Positions 28,997-37,589 of a stretch of DNA of 64,000 nt are shown piece after piece (the first letter of the stretch is position 1; each line of letters begins with the position of its first letter). The stretch covers positions 1 through 64,000 of the IMG/VR virus record IMGVR_UViG_2912893941_000001; one strand, given 5' to 3'. The notes under the pieces were generated by a model. That model had not been told where the DNA came from. It saw only the letters and a list, made by a program, of their open reading frames with translations, and made no database searches. The translations under genes and the position numbers were made by a program. This DNA is from an uncultured virus (IMG/VR IMGVR_UViG_2912893941_000001). Its lineage: Duplodnaviria; Heunggongvirae; Uroviricota; Caudoviricetes.

Positions 28997-29845
28997 GTGG
29001 ATTGGTTCAGTGATGAGGCGAAAAGAGCTAAATCAGAATATGATCGAATATTAAGGAGGAATATCGATAATATGGCGAAGGAAATCGTAAATGCGAACGC
29101 TAAAATCCACGTACTGGCTGACGAAACACTTGGCGGCATCAAGCGCGAATACGTAGAGGTCGATCGTAAGGCGATAGAGGGCGAAAGCATTGTTATCGTA
29201 GGTAAAAAGTTTCCGGAGGACGTGTACAATAACGGAGATATTCTTACGGTAGATCGTGACTTTCACTCTGAAATGACTTTCGTGGAAAGTGACGAAGCTA
29301 TCTCAGCCGAGTATAACTGCAGTGGGTTAATCTACCACGAAGAATATCACGTACTCGAACCGACCGACATCGTTCACATTGACGGTCAGCGTTACGAAAT
29401 GGTCGAACGTGAGGCGGAAGTGGGCGAGAAGGTTATCGTTGTTAGACCTGACGAAGGTCTAGGGAACGATAAGGAGGCCGGTATCGTAGGTATAGTTAGT
29501 TCGCTCTATTCTGCCGGAGACGTAGGCGTAAAAGATTTTGGCTTTGTGCTTGGCACAGAATATCGCGTCCTCGTCCCGGTTGAATCTGCCGAAGACGAAC
29601 CGAAGCCAGCCGACCCGATCGACGTTATCGCCAGTTTAGCGCAGGAGGTTGCGTCTTTAAAACGAACGGTCGATCGCCATAGAGACGAAATCGACACGCT
29701 GTTTAAAGACAAACGGGCGCTTGGCGAAGAGTTAGCGCGGTTGAAGCAGGACGGGAATACACAGCAACCGACCGGAACTTCATTCGCGGATTTCTGTGAA
29801 GGATATATTGCGTATTCAAAAGCGATGAAGGGGGCGCGACAATGA
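28997..29845 (+). CDS. Hypothetical repeat protein (start may be 29072)
   Basis: Two R.A..GE.(I/V)IV modules and a coiled coil. Confidence 0.7.
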   Translation: MDWFSDEAKRAKSEYDRILRRNIDNMAKEIVNANAKIHVLADETLGGIKREYVEVDRKAIEGESIVIVGKKFPEDVYNNGDILTVDRDFHSEMTFVESDEAISAEYNCSGLIYHEEYHVLEPTDIVHIDGQRYEMVEREAEVGEKVIVVRPDEGLGNDKEAGIVGIVSSLYSAGDVGVKDFGFVLGTEYRVLVPVESAEDEPKPADPIDVIASLAQEVASLKRTVDRHRDEIDTLFKDKRALGEELARLKQDGNTQQPTGTSFADFCEGYIAYSKAMKGARQ

Positions 29846-29942
29846 ACGATGTAGATTACGTGATTTATTACGGAGAGGATATTTGCCTTAGAACTTACAT
29901 TTATTGCGAATATTTCGAAGAGTCGGAGGAGGAGGAGCGCCC

Positions 29943-30518
29943 ATGAAGCTCGCCCTAACCGCATCTTTACGTGCAGGCAAGTCGCAGGCCGCCGGCTATC
30001 TATCGACGTATTACGATTTCCAAACGTTCGCCTTCAGTGACGAATTAAAAGCGGCTTTCCATCGCGCATTCCCTTCCGTACCTGAAAAGCCGAAGCCACG
30101 CGCGTATTATCAAGAATTCGGTCAGGCAGCGCGGAAGATACTCGGCGAGAACGTCTGGATAGACGCATGTATGGCGAAAGTCGACGCATATACGGCGCTC
30201 TTTTCTCGCAAATGTGATTGCGGCCTATCACCGTCCCTGAAGAATCGCGTACTGATCGAAGATGTTCGGCAGCAGAACGAATATGGCCGACTTCGCGCCG
30301 AAGGGTTTACGATTGTCCGCATCACAGCGCCGGAGGAATTACGGATTGAACGCGCACGGAAGGCCGGCGACGATTTCAATTTAGCAGCGCTCGATCATCC
30401 GACTGAAAAAGCGCTGCAAACTTTCGAAGTCGATTACGAAATTGTTAACGATGGGACGTACGAGCAGCTCTATGCGAAGTTGGACGCGCTGGCTGCCGAG
30501 TTACTTGGCCGAGCTTAG
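29943..30518 (+). CDS. Deoxynucleoside monophosphate kinase-like protein
   Basis: P-loop ASLRAGKS, FSDELK, DVRQQNE and IVNDGT motifs. Confidence 0.8.
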   Translation: MKLALTASLRAGKSQAAGYLSTYYDFQTFAFSDELKAAFHRAFPSVPEKPKPRAYYQEFGQAARKILGENVWIDACMAKVDAYTALFSRKCDCGLSPSLKNRVLIEDVRQQNEYGRLRAEGFTIVRITAPEELRIERARKAGDDFNLAALDHPTEKALQTFEVDYEIVNDGTYEQLYAKLDALAAELLGRA

Positions 30519-30893
30519 ATCGAAAGCATAAACGCCGGAAGGGTACGCCATATACGCCTGCTTCGCGGCTTCCTCTTCGCCAATCATCTGAAAGCGTAGC
30601 GGAAGGTCCTCGTCTTTGAAGCCGGCCGCCTTAATTACTTTGCTTGCGGCTTTATTATACGAACGTTTATCGAATTTGAACGGAGTCGCATCGGCCTTTA
30701 CGCTTTCAGGCTTTGCGCAAACAAGGCGATTCGCTTCGTCATCGTAACCGATCGTCAGGTAAAACGGTGCTTTGTCGGGCAGGCCGATGATCTTACGTGC
30801 GCCGGACGAAACGTATATTCTTCGTTGTTTATCAAGCGTTATGTAGGCGTCATTACTTTGCGCTGAAATCCAATTAATAACCACGTAATTCAC
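30501..30893 (-). CDS. Hypothetical protein (swapped-hairpin-like N-terminus)
   Basis: ITLDKQRRIYV motif; GAGGTG RBS; antisense to its neighbours. Confidence 0.65.
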   Translation of the reverse strand: MNYVVINWISAQSNDAYITLDKQRRIYVSSGARKIIGLPDKAPFYLTIGYDDEANRLVCAKPESVKADATPFKFDKRSYNKAASKVIKAAGFKDEDLPLRFQMIGEEEAAKQAYMAYPSGVYAFDLSSAK

Positions 30894-30928
30894 CTCGGTT
30901 ATACATTATACGGAAATTATATTCGCTT

Positions 30929-32188
30929 TTGGGGCGAAAGTCAAACGAAAAGGGGACGATTTCTATAGGGAAAGCTGATCGCAAACGATGGGAAGGAAAC
31001 GTTAAGTCGATGGAAATCATCGCGAAAGCCCGCGACCAAATAACCGAAGAAGATATCGAATTCTTGCGGAAAAATTATACGTCGGCAGGCGGGTTACTGC
31101 CGAATGCTTTTAGCGGTGGGGCCTTTTTCACGCCTACTCACATTGCAAAGTTCGTATGGGATGTATTAAAGCCGCGGCTGCCTGAGACTCCGAAGGTTCT
31201 GGAGCCTTCCGTTGGTGCCGGTGTATTTCTCGAACATGCGCCGAAGGCCGCCAACGTCACAGCGTTAGAACTCGATAGTACAAGCGCGAAAGTAACCTCG
31301 CTGTTATATCCAGACGCTGAGATTATCGAAGGGAATGCGCTAGTACATGGCCGCCGAGATTATTACGATTTAGTAATCGGCAACCCGCCATACGGAGTAA
31401 ACGTTAAATTCGAGCCGCAAGAAGACGAGGAGTGGCGGTCAATTACTAAAAAGAAGGGAGAATACGGAGGCAAGTCGGAGGTTGCTTTTATCGAACTCGC
31501 TATCAAAGCGGTTAAGCCCGGCGGTTATATTGCGTTTGTACTTCCGTTAGGCATATCCTTCGCTAACTATGCATCTAAACTTCGAAAGTTTATGCACGAA
31601 ACGTGCTGGCAGGTCGCGACTATTTTACTTCCGGGAGAAACGTTCCAACACGTAGGTACTACGATTGCTACGCAGATATTAATACTGCGGAAAGCACCGC
31701 CTAGAACGGAGTTGATACAGCCAGCAACTACGAAATGGCGCTCAAATTTCAGAAGAGGCGGTGACACTGACATATCGGAATATAACGCAAAATTTCTCGA
31801 AGGTCAGCCGCCTGCTTATTTCGCACAAGTAACAGACATTGGGTGGGATGCGAAAGGAAAGTCAACCGATGCGTCGGGCGATGGTCTGACGCAACTTGAC
31901 GAACTCCTTGACGATTTCACTGACGATAACCTTATGCGCGAAAATCTATATCCACACTTACCTAGCTGGCATGGGATCGACAAAGGAAACGAGGCATTCT
32001 TCTTCTCACATGGCAACGGTCAGTGTGACGGCTTAAGAGACGCAGCAGCCACTTTTCCGGAAGGTCCTTATCGCTGGAATGAACTAACGTTAGGCGCCGG
32101 GGATGAGATCGAATGGAATGGACGTATGGTGAGCTCGTTTGATTTCGATTGGCAGGACGAAATCGTTCGCAATTATTTCGATAGATAG
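30929..32188 (+). CDS. N6-adenine DNA methyltransferase (start uncertain)
   Basis: FFTP, LEPSVGAGVF (motif I) and GNPPY (motif IV). Confidence 0.88.
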   Translation: MGRKSNEKGTISIGKADRKRWEGNVKSMEIIAKARDQITEEDIEFLRKNYTSAGGLLPNAFSGGAFFTPTHIAKFVWDVLKPRLPETPKVLEPSVGAGVFLEHAPKAANVTALELDSTSAKVTSLLYPDAEIIEGNALVHGRRDYYDLVIGNPPYGVNVKFEPQEDEEWRSITKKKGEYGGKSEVAFIELAIKAVKPGGYIAFVLPLGISFANYASKLRKFMHETCWQVATILLPGETFQHVGTTIATQILILRKAPPRTELIQPATTKWRSNFRRGGDTDISEYNAKFLEGQPPAYFAQVTDIGWDAKGKSTDASGDGLTQLDELLDDFTDDNLMRENLYPHLPSWHGIDKGNEAFFFSHGNGQCDGLRDAAATFPEGPYRWNELTLGAGDEIEWNGRMVSSFDFDWQDEIVRNYFDR

Positions 32189-32221
32189 CGCGATTACTAG
32201 AGCGAGAAGGAGGTTTTACGT

Positions 32222-32605
32222 ATGGGAACGGTAAAAGTCGATCTCCACCGAAAGGATCGCGAGTTTAACGCCGCATATGCGCTCGACGACGCAGAGGGCG
32301 TCAAGTTGCTACTCGCCGATTACCAGAAGTTCGTCAGCCGAAAACGCTGCGGCGACTATGCGGCCATGGAAGTGTTGATCGACATTCATAAGGCGATCGA
32401 GCTCGCCTGCTTAACGGATCGGCAACGGCAGGCGATCGAGCTCGTTTACTTCGGAGAATTAACGCAAACCGAGGCGGGCGAACGGATGGGTATTGCGCAA
32501 AAGAACGTAAATGAAGCCCTCGACAGAGCCTCCGAAAAGCTTGCGGACATTTATTACTATTGGGCCGGTCACGGCGAAGGATATACGACAAGGGGGACGG
32601 ATTGA
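32222..32605 (+). CDS. Sigma-70 region 4 domain transcriptional regulator
   Basis: LTDRQRQAIELVYFGELTQTEAGERMGI. Confidence 0.8.
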   Translation: MGTVKVDLHRKDREFNAAYALDDAEGVKLLLADYQKFVSRKRCGDYAAMEVLIDIHKAIELACLTDRQRQAIELVYFGELTQTEAGERMGIAQKNVNEALDRASEKLADIYYYWAGHGEGYTTRGTD

Positions 32606-33090
32606 TGGATAAAACGATTTTGGACGAAACGATTACGGAAATGTACGCACGAACTAAGGCCGGTAAGATGTCTCGGCAGGAGCGAATTGAGGCAATAACG
32701 GCCCTGTCAGACGCTTACTTCGACTCTACCGGAGATCACCCGGAGCCCGCAGCGCTTGAGCGAATGGCTAATCTCGTACTCTATGAAGAGCTTTCCGATA
32801 CTAACAAAAACAAGATGAAGGCAGAATACCCATTTATGAGTGAGCGAATGGAAAAGACTCGAAGATCCGGGGAAACGTCCGAAAAGATGGCAGAAGAATA
32901 TGACCGCTTTGGAAAAAATCAGAGCAAACCTGTTCGTAGGCACCTTTCTACTTACGAAGGTATTCAAGTCGATAAACGCGCTAAATCTCAAAATAAAGAT
33001 CGCAGAAAACGTTATTCGGCATTCGTTAACGGAAGATCCGACGGACAATTCACCGTAAATATCGCAACTGGCGAAAAAGTTTATCACTAA
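32605..33090 (+). CDS. Hypothetical phage protein
   Basis: AAGGGGG RBS; EELSDTNKNKMKAEYPFMSE motif. Confidence 0.7.
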   Translation: MDKTILDETITEMYARTKAGKMSRQERIEAITALSDAYFDSTGDHPEPAALERMANLVLYEELSDTNKNKMKAEYPFMSERMEKTRRSGETSEKMAEEYDRFGKNQSKPVRRHLSTYEGIQVDKRAKSQNKDRRKRYSAFVNGRSDGQFTVNIATGEKVYH

Positions 33091-33177
33091 TACCCGCATT
33101 TTACCGCGTTAGTTGTCTATACGTTATGAGGGCGCCCGTTCAGCGCTCTTTTATTTTTGCGAAAAGGAGACGGTTTA

Positions 33178-33978
33178 ATGAAGAGATTACGAGTTATTAA
33201 TACGGAGACAGGCGAAGACTGGTCGGAAATGTACACGCTGCGGCACCGCAACCAAGACGCAGCCTTTCGTCAGCAGCAAGAAAAAACAGCCGATCGGCGC
33301 GATTTCTCAAACGCCAATATGTCTAATATTCACGAAGTCTATGACGCTCTTACGACGGCACAGTGTGGCTATCTGATGCTGCTTCAGTGCTACGTCGACT
33401 ACAACGGTGTTCTAATAAAATCCAGCCGTAATAAAACGCCGATGACCACCGCGGACATGATGGACGTTTTGCAGCTCAGTAAAAAACGGATGACCTTTTA
33501 CGACTTCCTTTCCGCCTGTACCGAGCACGACATCATCCGGGAAGAGAACGGCCGCTACAGTGTAAATGACCGCTACCACTTCAAAGGTAATTTCGGTAGT
33601 CAGCAAGTCGTTAAGCTATACAGCGCGAAGATCAAACGTGTGTACAGCGAAGTGAAGGCGACTGACATCGGTCTGATCTATCGTATGCTGCCGTTCATTC
33701 ATTACGAAACAAACGCTCTGTGCGCAAATCCTTTCGAAAAGAATCCGAAGCGCATACGTTGGTTTAACAAAAAAGAGCTTGCGGCGGCGATCGGTGTTAC
33801 CTCGGATACGCTCGGCCGGCGCCTGAAGCAGATGAAATTCGACGGCGAATACGTTGTTGCGCGAATTAAAGTCGGAAGCGAGCCGGAGCGCTATACGTTT
33901 AATCCTAACGTATTCTATCGACAATCCAAGACGCCGGACAAAACGCTGATTGCGCTGTTTAACGTTAAGAAGGTATAA
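33178..33978 (+). CDS. Tandem winged-helix protein, RepL-like
   Basis: Two wHTH-like units ending YSVNDRY and YTFNPNVFY; AAAGGAG RBS. Confidence 0.6.
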   Translation: MKRLRVINTETGEDWSEMYTLRHRNQDAAFRQQQEKTADRRDFSNANMSNIHEVYDALTTAQCGYLMLLQCYVDYNGVLIKSSRNKTPMTTADMMDVLQLSKKRMTFYDFLSACTEHDIIREENGRYSVNDRYHFKGNFGSQQVVKLYSAKIKRVYSEVKATDIGLIYRMLPFIHYETNALCANPFEKNPKRIRWFNKKELAAAIGVTSDTLGRRLKQMKFDGEYVVARIKVGSEPERYTFNPNVFYRQSKTPDKTLIALFNVKKV

Positions 33979-33998
33979 TTTTACTATACCGGAGGTGA
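33950..33998 (+). promoter_or_regulatory. SigA-like promoter and RBS of the mini-ORF
   Basis: TTGCGC(33950)-N18-TATAAT(33974); GGAGGTGA at 33991. Confidence 0.6.
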
Positions 33999-34003
33999 GG
34001 CGA

Positions 34004-34087
34004 ATGGGAATGCCACGAGGAGCTAATCCGTTAGAGAGTGCGATTAGAGGCGCAGGTCCAGCGGAAAGCGCATCACGCGGAGCATAA
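34004..34087 (+). CDS. Tandem arbitrium-peptide mini-protein M-GMPRGA-NPLE-SAIRGA-GPAE-SASRGA (27 aa, no signal peptide)
   Basis: Strong RBS; three xxxRGA hexapeptides at a 10-codon period with differing synonymous codons; terminator follows. Confidence 0.85.
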   Translation: MGMPRGANPLESAIRGAGPAESASRGA

Positions 34088-34092
34088 AACGA

Positions 34093-34120
34093 AAAAGGAC
34101 GCCTTATGCGGGCGTCTTTT
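34093..34120. terminator. Terminator hairpin after the mini-ORF, possibly bidirectional
   Basis: AAAAAG-GACGCC-TTATGCG-GGCGTC-TTTT. Confidence 0.8.
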
Positions 34121-34265
34121 CTTCGTCATCTTCCGTTTGTAATTCAAGAACTTCGATCTGCGATTTTAAGATAGCTATGTCTCGGCTGTTTAGGTTCGTA
34201 GGTAATTCAAAGCGCGCAATCTGCCCGTTTGTAAGCGCAATGCGAGCGTATTGTTTTTCGTCCAT
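34104..34265 (-). CDS. 53-aa hypothetical protein MDEKQYARIALTNGQIARFELP... (not in ORF track)
   Basis: AAGGAG RBS; convergent with the peptide mini-ORF. Confidence 0.6.
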   Translation of the reverse strand: MDEKQYARIALTNGQIARFELPTNLNSRDIAILKSQIEVLELQTEDDEEKTPA

Positions 34266-34304
34266 TCGTATAGCTCCTTCGGTGTTTATGTCTTAAATAT
34301 ATCA

Positions 34305-35117
34305 TCAGCTCTTCCACGAATCAAACGAAGGTATCCGCAGCAGTCCTTTGCGCGTCTTAAATCGATGCTTCACACGGCATTTTATCGGCTCTATATTCAC
34401 GTATTTATCCGTTTCTCCTACGTCTTTCCGCTCCGAATGAAATCTCCGCCGTTCAGCGTGCGGCATAAACTCCATCAGGCCCGCATAAGCACCGTCCTCA
34501 TACGCTAAAACAAGCGCATTATCCTCTTTCCGATAGCCCGTAATCCAAACGTCAGTATATTCGTAATTAACGATCTTCAGCCAACGATCTGACCGCTTAT
34601 TTTCCGCGTAGGACGAGTTAGCGCGCTTCATAACGACTCCTTCAATGCCGGAGCTTTTCGCTAATTCGAAAACAGCGCGGCCATTACCTGTAACGCTATC
34701 GACAATCTTAACGTTTGGATGATCGAGGGCAAGGCCGCTTAATAATTCCTTCCGCTCATATAACGGTTTCGACGTAACCGATACGCCGTCGAGACGCAAT
34801 ATATCAAACACGCAGAATACTATCGGATGATAGCTTTTTTGCGATTGAAACCGCTCCATCATAGCTTCGAAGTCTCCGGCGCCTGTCGGTCCGGGCACGA
34901 TAAGCTCGCCATCCAAAATGGTACCGTCCGGAATTTGTATCGTGTGGAGTTCGGGGAATTTAGCGGTGACTTCGTTGTTGTGGCGCGTGTAGAGGCGCAT
35001 GCGGCCGCCATCTTTGGACGCGAGCAGGCGGATACCGTCGAATTTGATTTCCGTAATGTAATCGTCAGAGTCGAACGGGTCTTTTGCGGACTCTAATAGC
35101 ATTGGCGAAATAAACAA
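34305..35117 (-). CDS. ATP-dependent DNA ligase
   Basis: EIKFDGIR (KxDG), LDGEL, VFDIL, EGVVMK and WLKIV motifs. Confidence 0.92.
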   Translation of the reverse strand: MFISPMLLESAKDPFDSDDYITEIKFDGIRLLASKDGGRMRLYTRHNNEVTAKFPELHTIQIPDGTILDGELIVPGPTGAGDFEAMMERFQSQKSYHPIVFCVFDILRLDGVSVTSKPLYERKELLSGLALDHPNVKIVDSVTGNGRAVFELAKSSGIEGVVMKRANSSYAENKRSDRWLKIVNYEYTDVWITGYRKEDNALVLAYEDGAYAGLMEFMPHAERRRFHSERKDVGETDKYVNIEPIKCRVKHRFKTRKGLLRIPSFDSWKS

Positions 35118-35208
35118 AAAATCACCTCGTTTCAGCTTCGTAATACTATAATGATATAGTAAGAGTCGGCTAGAACGAAGTGATTAGGTACTGGTAATTT
35201 ATGGTTAA

Positions 35209-35565
35209 TTAATTCTCTTTAAATATTCCGGAAGCTTTAAATCTATTTAATAATCTATTCATTTCTTGTAGGGTGAAATCGTGGCTGTTAATAAGATTGA
35301 CAACATCCTCGTCAGTCAATTCTCTTCTCTCAATAACCTTACGTCTTTCGATAACCTCACCAGTCGCAGTTACACTTTTTTCTTCTTCTTCCACGGAAAT
35401 GTTCCATCCGTGAAGATTGATTCCTAGAAAACGGTGTCTCGAATCTCCAATAGGTTTATATGTGATAATTGCTCCTGGATTTCTTCCGCCGTCTTGCTCA
35501 TACGCCGTTTTGTTAACCGATTGCTCTCTTTCTCGTAATTGAATGATTTCTTGCAATAAGTCCAA
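35209..35565 (-). CDS. Hypothetical protein
   Basis: GAGGTG RBS before TTG at 35565; AT-rich. Confidence 0.6.
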   Translation of the reverse strand: MDLLQEIIQLREREQSVNKTAYEQDGGRNPGAIITYKPIGDSRHRFLGINLHGWNISVEEEEKSVTATGEVIERRKVIERRELTDEDVVNLINSHDFTLQEMNRLLNRFKASGIFKEN

Positions 35566-35579
35566 ACGATACACCTCTT

Positions 35580-35759
35580 TTATATATTCTTTTTCATTCC
35601 GCATCTTCTACATTCGCGCAAAAACTTTCCGCTCTTCACCGAGCTTTTGAACAGCGTATAGTCACAGTTGTCGCATCGTCCTGCGCGCTTGTCCGGAAAT
35701 TCCTTGTATTCGTAAGTGATCGACGTATCAATGCCGTTAGTCTCGTATTTTTCCTCCAT
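35580..35759 (-). CDS. 59-aa zinc-ribbon protein (not in ORF track)
   Basis: GGAGG RBS; CDNC...CRRC; extended -10 TGGTATAAT upstream. Confidence 0.7.
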   Translation of the reverse strand: MEEKYETNGIDTSITYEYKEFPDKRAGRCDNCDYTLFKSSVKSGKFLRECRRCGMKKNI

Positions 35760-35889
35760 TTTCGCTGTACCTCCGTGTCCTACATCGTTGTATAGAACGA
35801 TTATACCACGAAATTACAACGAGAGAGCCGCTTCAGACGCGTTCAGGTACGATAGGTATCCGAAAGCTTGAAACGGCTCAGTTCGTTCA

Positions 35890-36327
35890 TTATTTAACGT
35901 TGAATTTCGCTGACTCAAACGTACCGACGTATTTGCGCTTTCCTGAATCCGAATAGCAGTCGATCTGAATAACGTAGGTGCCTTTGCCGGTCTTGCTGCG
36001 GATCGATTTCGCACTAAACGACTTCAGCGGCGTTGATGTCTTGAAGCTTCCGCGTTGTAACAAGCCGGTTTCAGTCATCCCGCCGCCGCTGCGCTTTTTA
36101 TAAACGCCGGCCGTGTAGTACAGCGTTGAGCCGCCTTTCTTCTCGGCTTTCCAGTCGACCGTGCTTGCGCTACTGCTGTACGTGGTTGCGTCCGTATATA
36201 CCCGCGCCTTGTGTCCGAACTTCTCCGTCTGCCAGCCCGACCATGCCGCGTCAGCTTGCGGAGCCAGCGCAATAGTGCCGGTAAATAGGGTGGCGGTGAT
36301 TACGAGCGATTTGACTAAACGTTTCAT
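35890..36327 (-). CDS. Secreted basic protein
   Basis: Signal peptide MKRLVKSLVITATLFTGTIALAPQADA; AGGAGG RBS. Confidence 0.75.
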   Translation of the reverse strand: MKRLVKSLVITATLFTGTIALAPQADAAWSGWQTEKFGHKARVYTDATTYSSSASTVDWKAEKKGGSTLYYTAGVYKKRSGGGMTETGLLQRGSFKTSTPLKSFSAKSIRSKTGKGTYVIQIDCYSDSGKRKYVGTFESAKFNVK

Positions 36328-36340
36328 ACGATTTCCTCCT

Positions 36341-37078
36341 TTAGAAGCCGACAACTTCATCGTCAATAGTCGATTTTGTATAATCGATGGTATTTCCGTC
36401 GCGATGACCGCTACTATACGCAAACATTTCCTCAATATCCGGGACTTGTATTGCGCGTGCAGTTCCGAACGACTTCGAAAGCTCTTTGTAGGCGTCGCTT
36501 ACTTCCTTCGGTTTAATAACCATCAAACCGTATTCTTCTTTCATCTGACGCAACTGCTCGGCGAATTTTTCTTTAAGCCCGTCAAGGAATCCCTTCATGT
36601 AAGAGTTTTTTAGGTCATTGGTCTTTTTTACGGTTCTGGTGGCGTATTCTTCGTCATAGTAGGAATTTATGAAACGCTTTGAGTAGAACTGAATCGCATC
36701 ATAGGCGAGTACAAACATTTCTTTCGCAAGCTGCACATCGTTGTCATAACCGAAGAAGATTACAGTTTTCTTCCTTCTTTGCTCACCGTCAAAACGTTTA
36801 TTATTGTAATAAAATTCAACTTTGAAGTTATCCGCGATAATTCGTGCTAACGAACGTTCCCACCAGAAAAGCCGCTTATAAGCCGTTGCCTGACCTTTTA
36901 CGATCTCTTGTTCAGCACATCTTTCCGTTATCTCACCGGAAGAAATATCGTGCTTAATCATGAGTTTCTGCGCCAATAGGAACGCGCTTTGCGATTCCTC
37001 ATCGCTTTTATTGTCGTTTGCAATTGCCAATAGGCCGCGAATTTTCTTTATGATCGACTCGTTGCGCGTAGAAGTCAT
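36341..37078 (-). CDS. DUF2786-domain protein
   Basis: IIKKIRGLLAIA...EESQSAFLLAQKLMIKH. Confidence 0.8.
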   Translation of the reverse strand: MTSTRNESIIKKIRGLLAIANDNKSDEESQSAFLLAQKLMIKHDISSGEITERCAEQEIVKGQATAYKRLFWWERSLARIIADNFKVEFYYNNKRFDGEQRRKKTVIFFGYDNDVQLAKEMFVLAYDAIQFYSKRFINSYYDEEYATRTVKKTNDLKNSYMKGFLDGLKEKFAEQLRQMKEEYGLMVIKPKEVSDAYKELSKSFGTARAIQVPDIEEMFAYSSGHRDGNTIDYTKSTIDDEVVGF

Positions 37079-37191
37079 ACGATTTCCTCCTCAACTTCCA
37101 GCCGCGTACCACACGTAGGGCAGCACGCGTCCGGCTTGATTTCGATATCTAACTTAGCGTAATTGCAATCGTGGCAAGTGTATTCAATCAT
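37075..37191 (-). CDS. 38-aa zinc-ribbon peptide (not in ORF track)
   Basis: MIEYTCHDC...CPTCG; coupled to both neighbours. Confidence 0.55.
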   Translation of the reverse strand: MIEYTCHDCNYAKLDIEIKPDACCPTCGTRLEVEEEIV

Positions 37192-37384
37192 CGTTATGGA
37201 TCTCCGTTTCCTTTTCGATTAAGTACCCGAAGTAGGTAAGCGCCGTATTAAAACCGATCTGATACGCGCGCCCGCTGTCCTGAAATAGCGTCATCGGTCG
37301 TTGGTATAGGTCGAGGATCTGCGCTTTTTGTTGCGCCGTTAATGGCGGCGTATCCGACCACAGGCGTCTTATATCAAGCGTCAT
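37184..37384 (-). CDS. Hypothetical protein
   Basis: AAAGGCGGTG RBS, ATG at 37384. Confidence 0.6.
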   Translation of the reverse strand: MTLDIRRLWSDTPPLTAQQKAQILDLYQRPMTLFQDSGRAYQIGFNTALTYFGYLIEKETEIHNDD

Positions 37385-37547
37385 TTTCCACACCGCCTTT
37401 CCGCCGTAAGAGCAGAAGGACAAAAAACACGATCGCCGATCCGATTCCGATATAATCGAGCGCGGAAAGCTTGGCGAAATTCATGCTCGCGATCCATGAG
37501 ACAAGGACGACAATTAGCAAAATTTCCGTGGTATTAATCCGTTTCAT
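37374..37547 (-). CDS. 57-aa two-TM protein (not in ORF track)
   Basis: MKRINTTEILLIVVLVSW...; no clear RBS. Confidence 0.5.
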   Translation of the reverse strand: MKRINTTEILLIVVLVSWIASMNFAKLSALDYIGIGSAIVFFVLLLLRRKGGVENDA

Positions 37548-37589
37548 ACGTGGTATAATTGATTGACAGGGGCTTTCGCCCCCGTTGGA

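Noticed and set aside
34004..34087. Treating the mini-ORF as the phage's own aimP, or as chance
   Set aside because: It has no signal peptide or adjacent aimR, and a proper aimP exists at 12249. Two exact known hexapeptides plus a third of the same class, in register behind an RBS, is implausible by chance.
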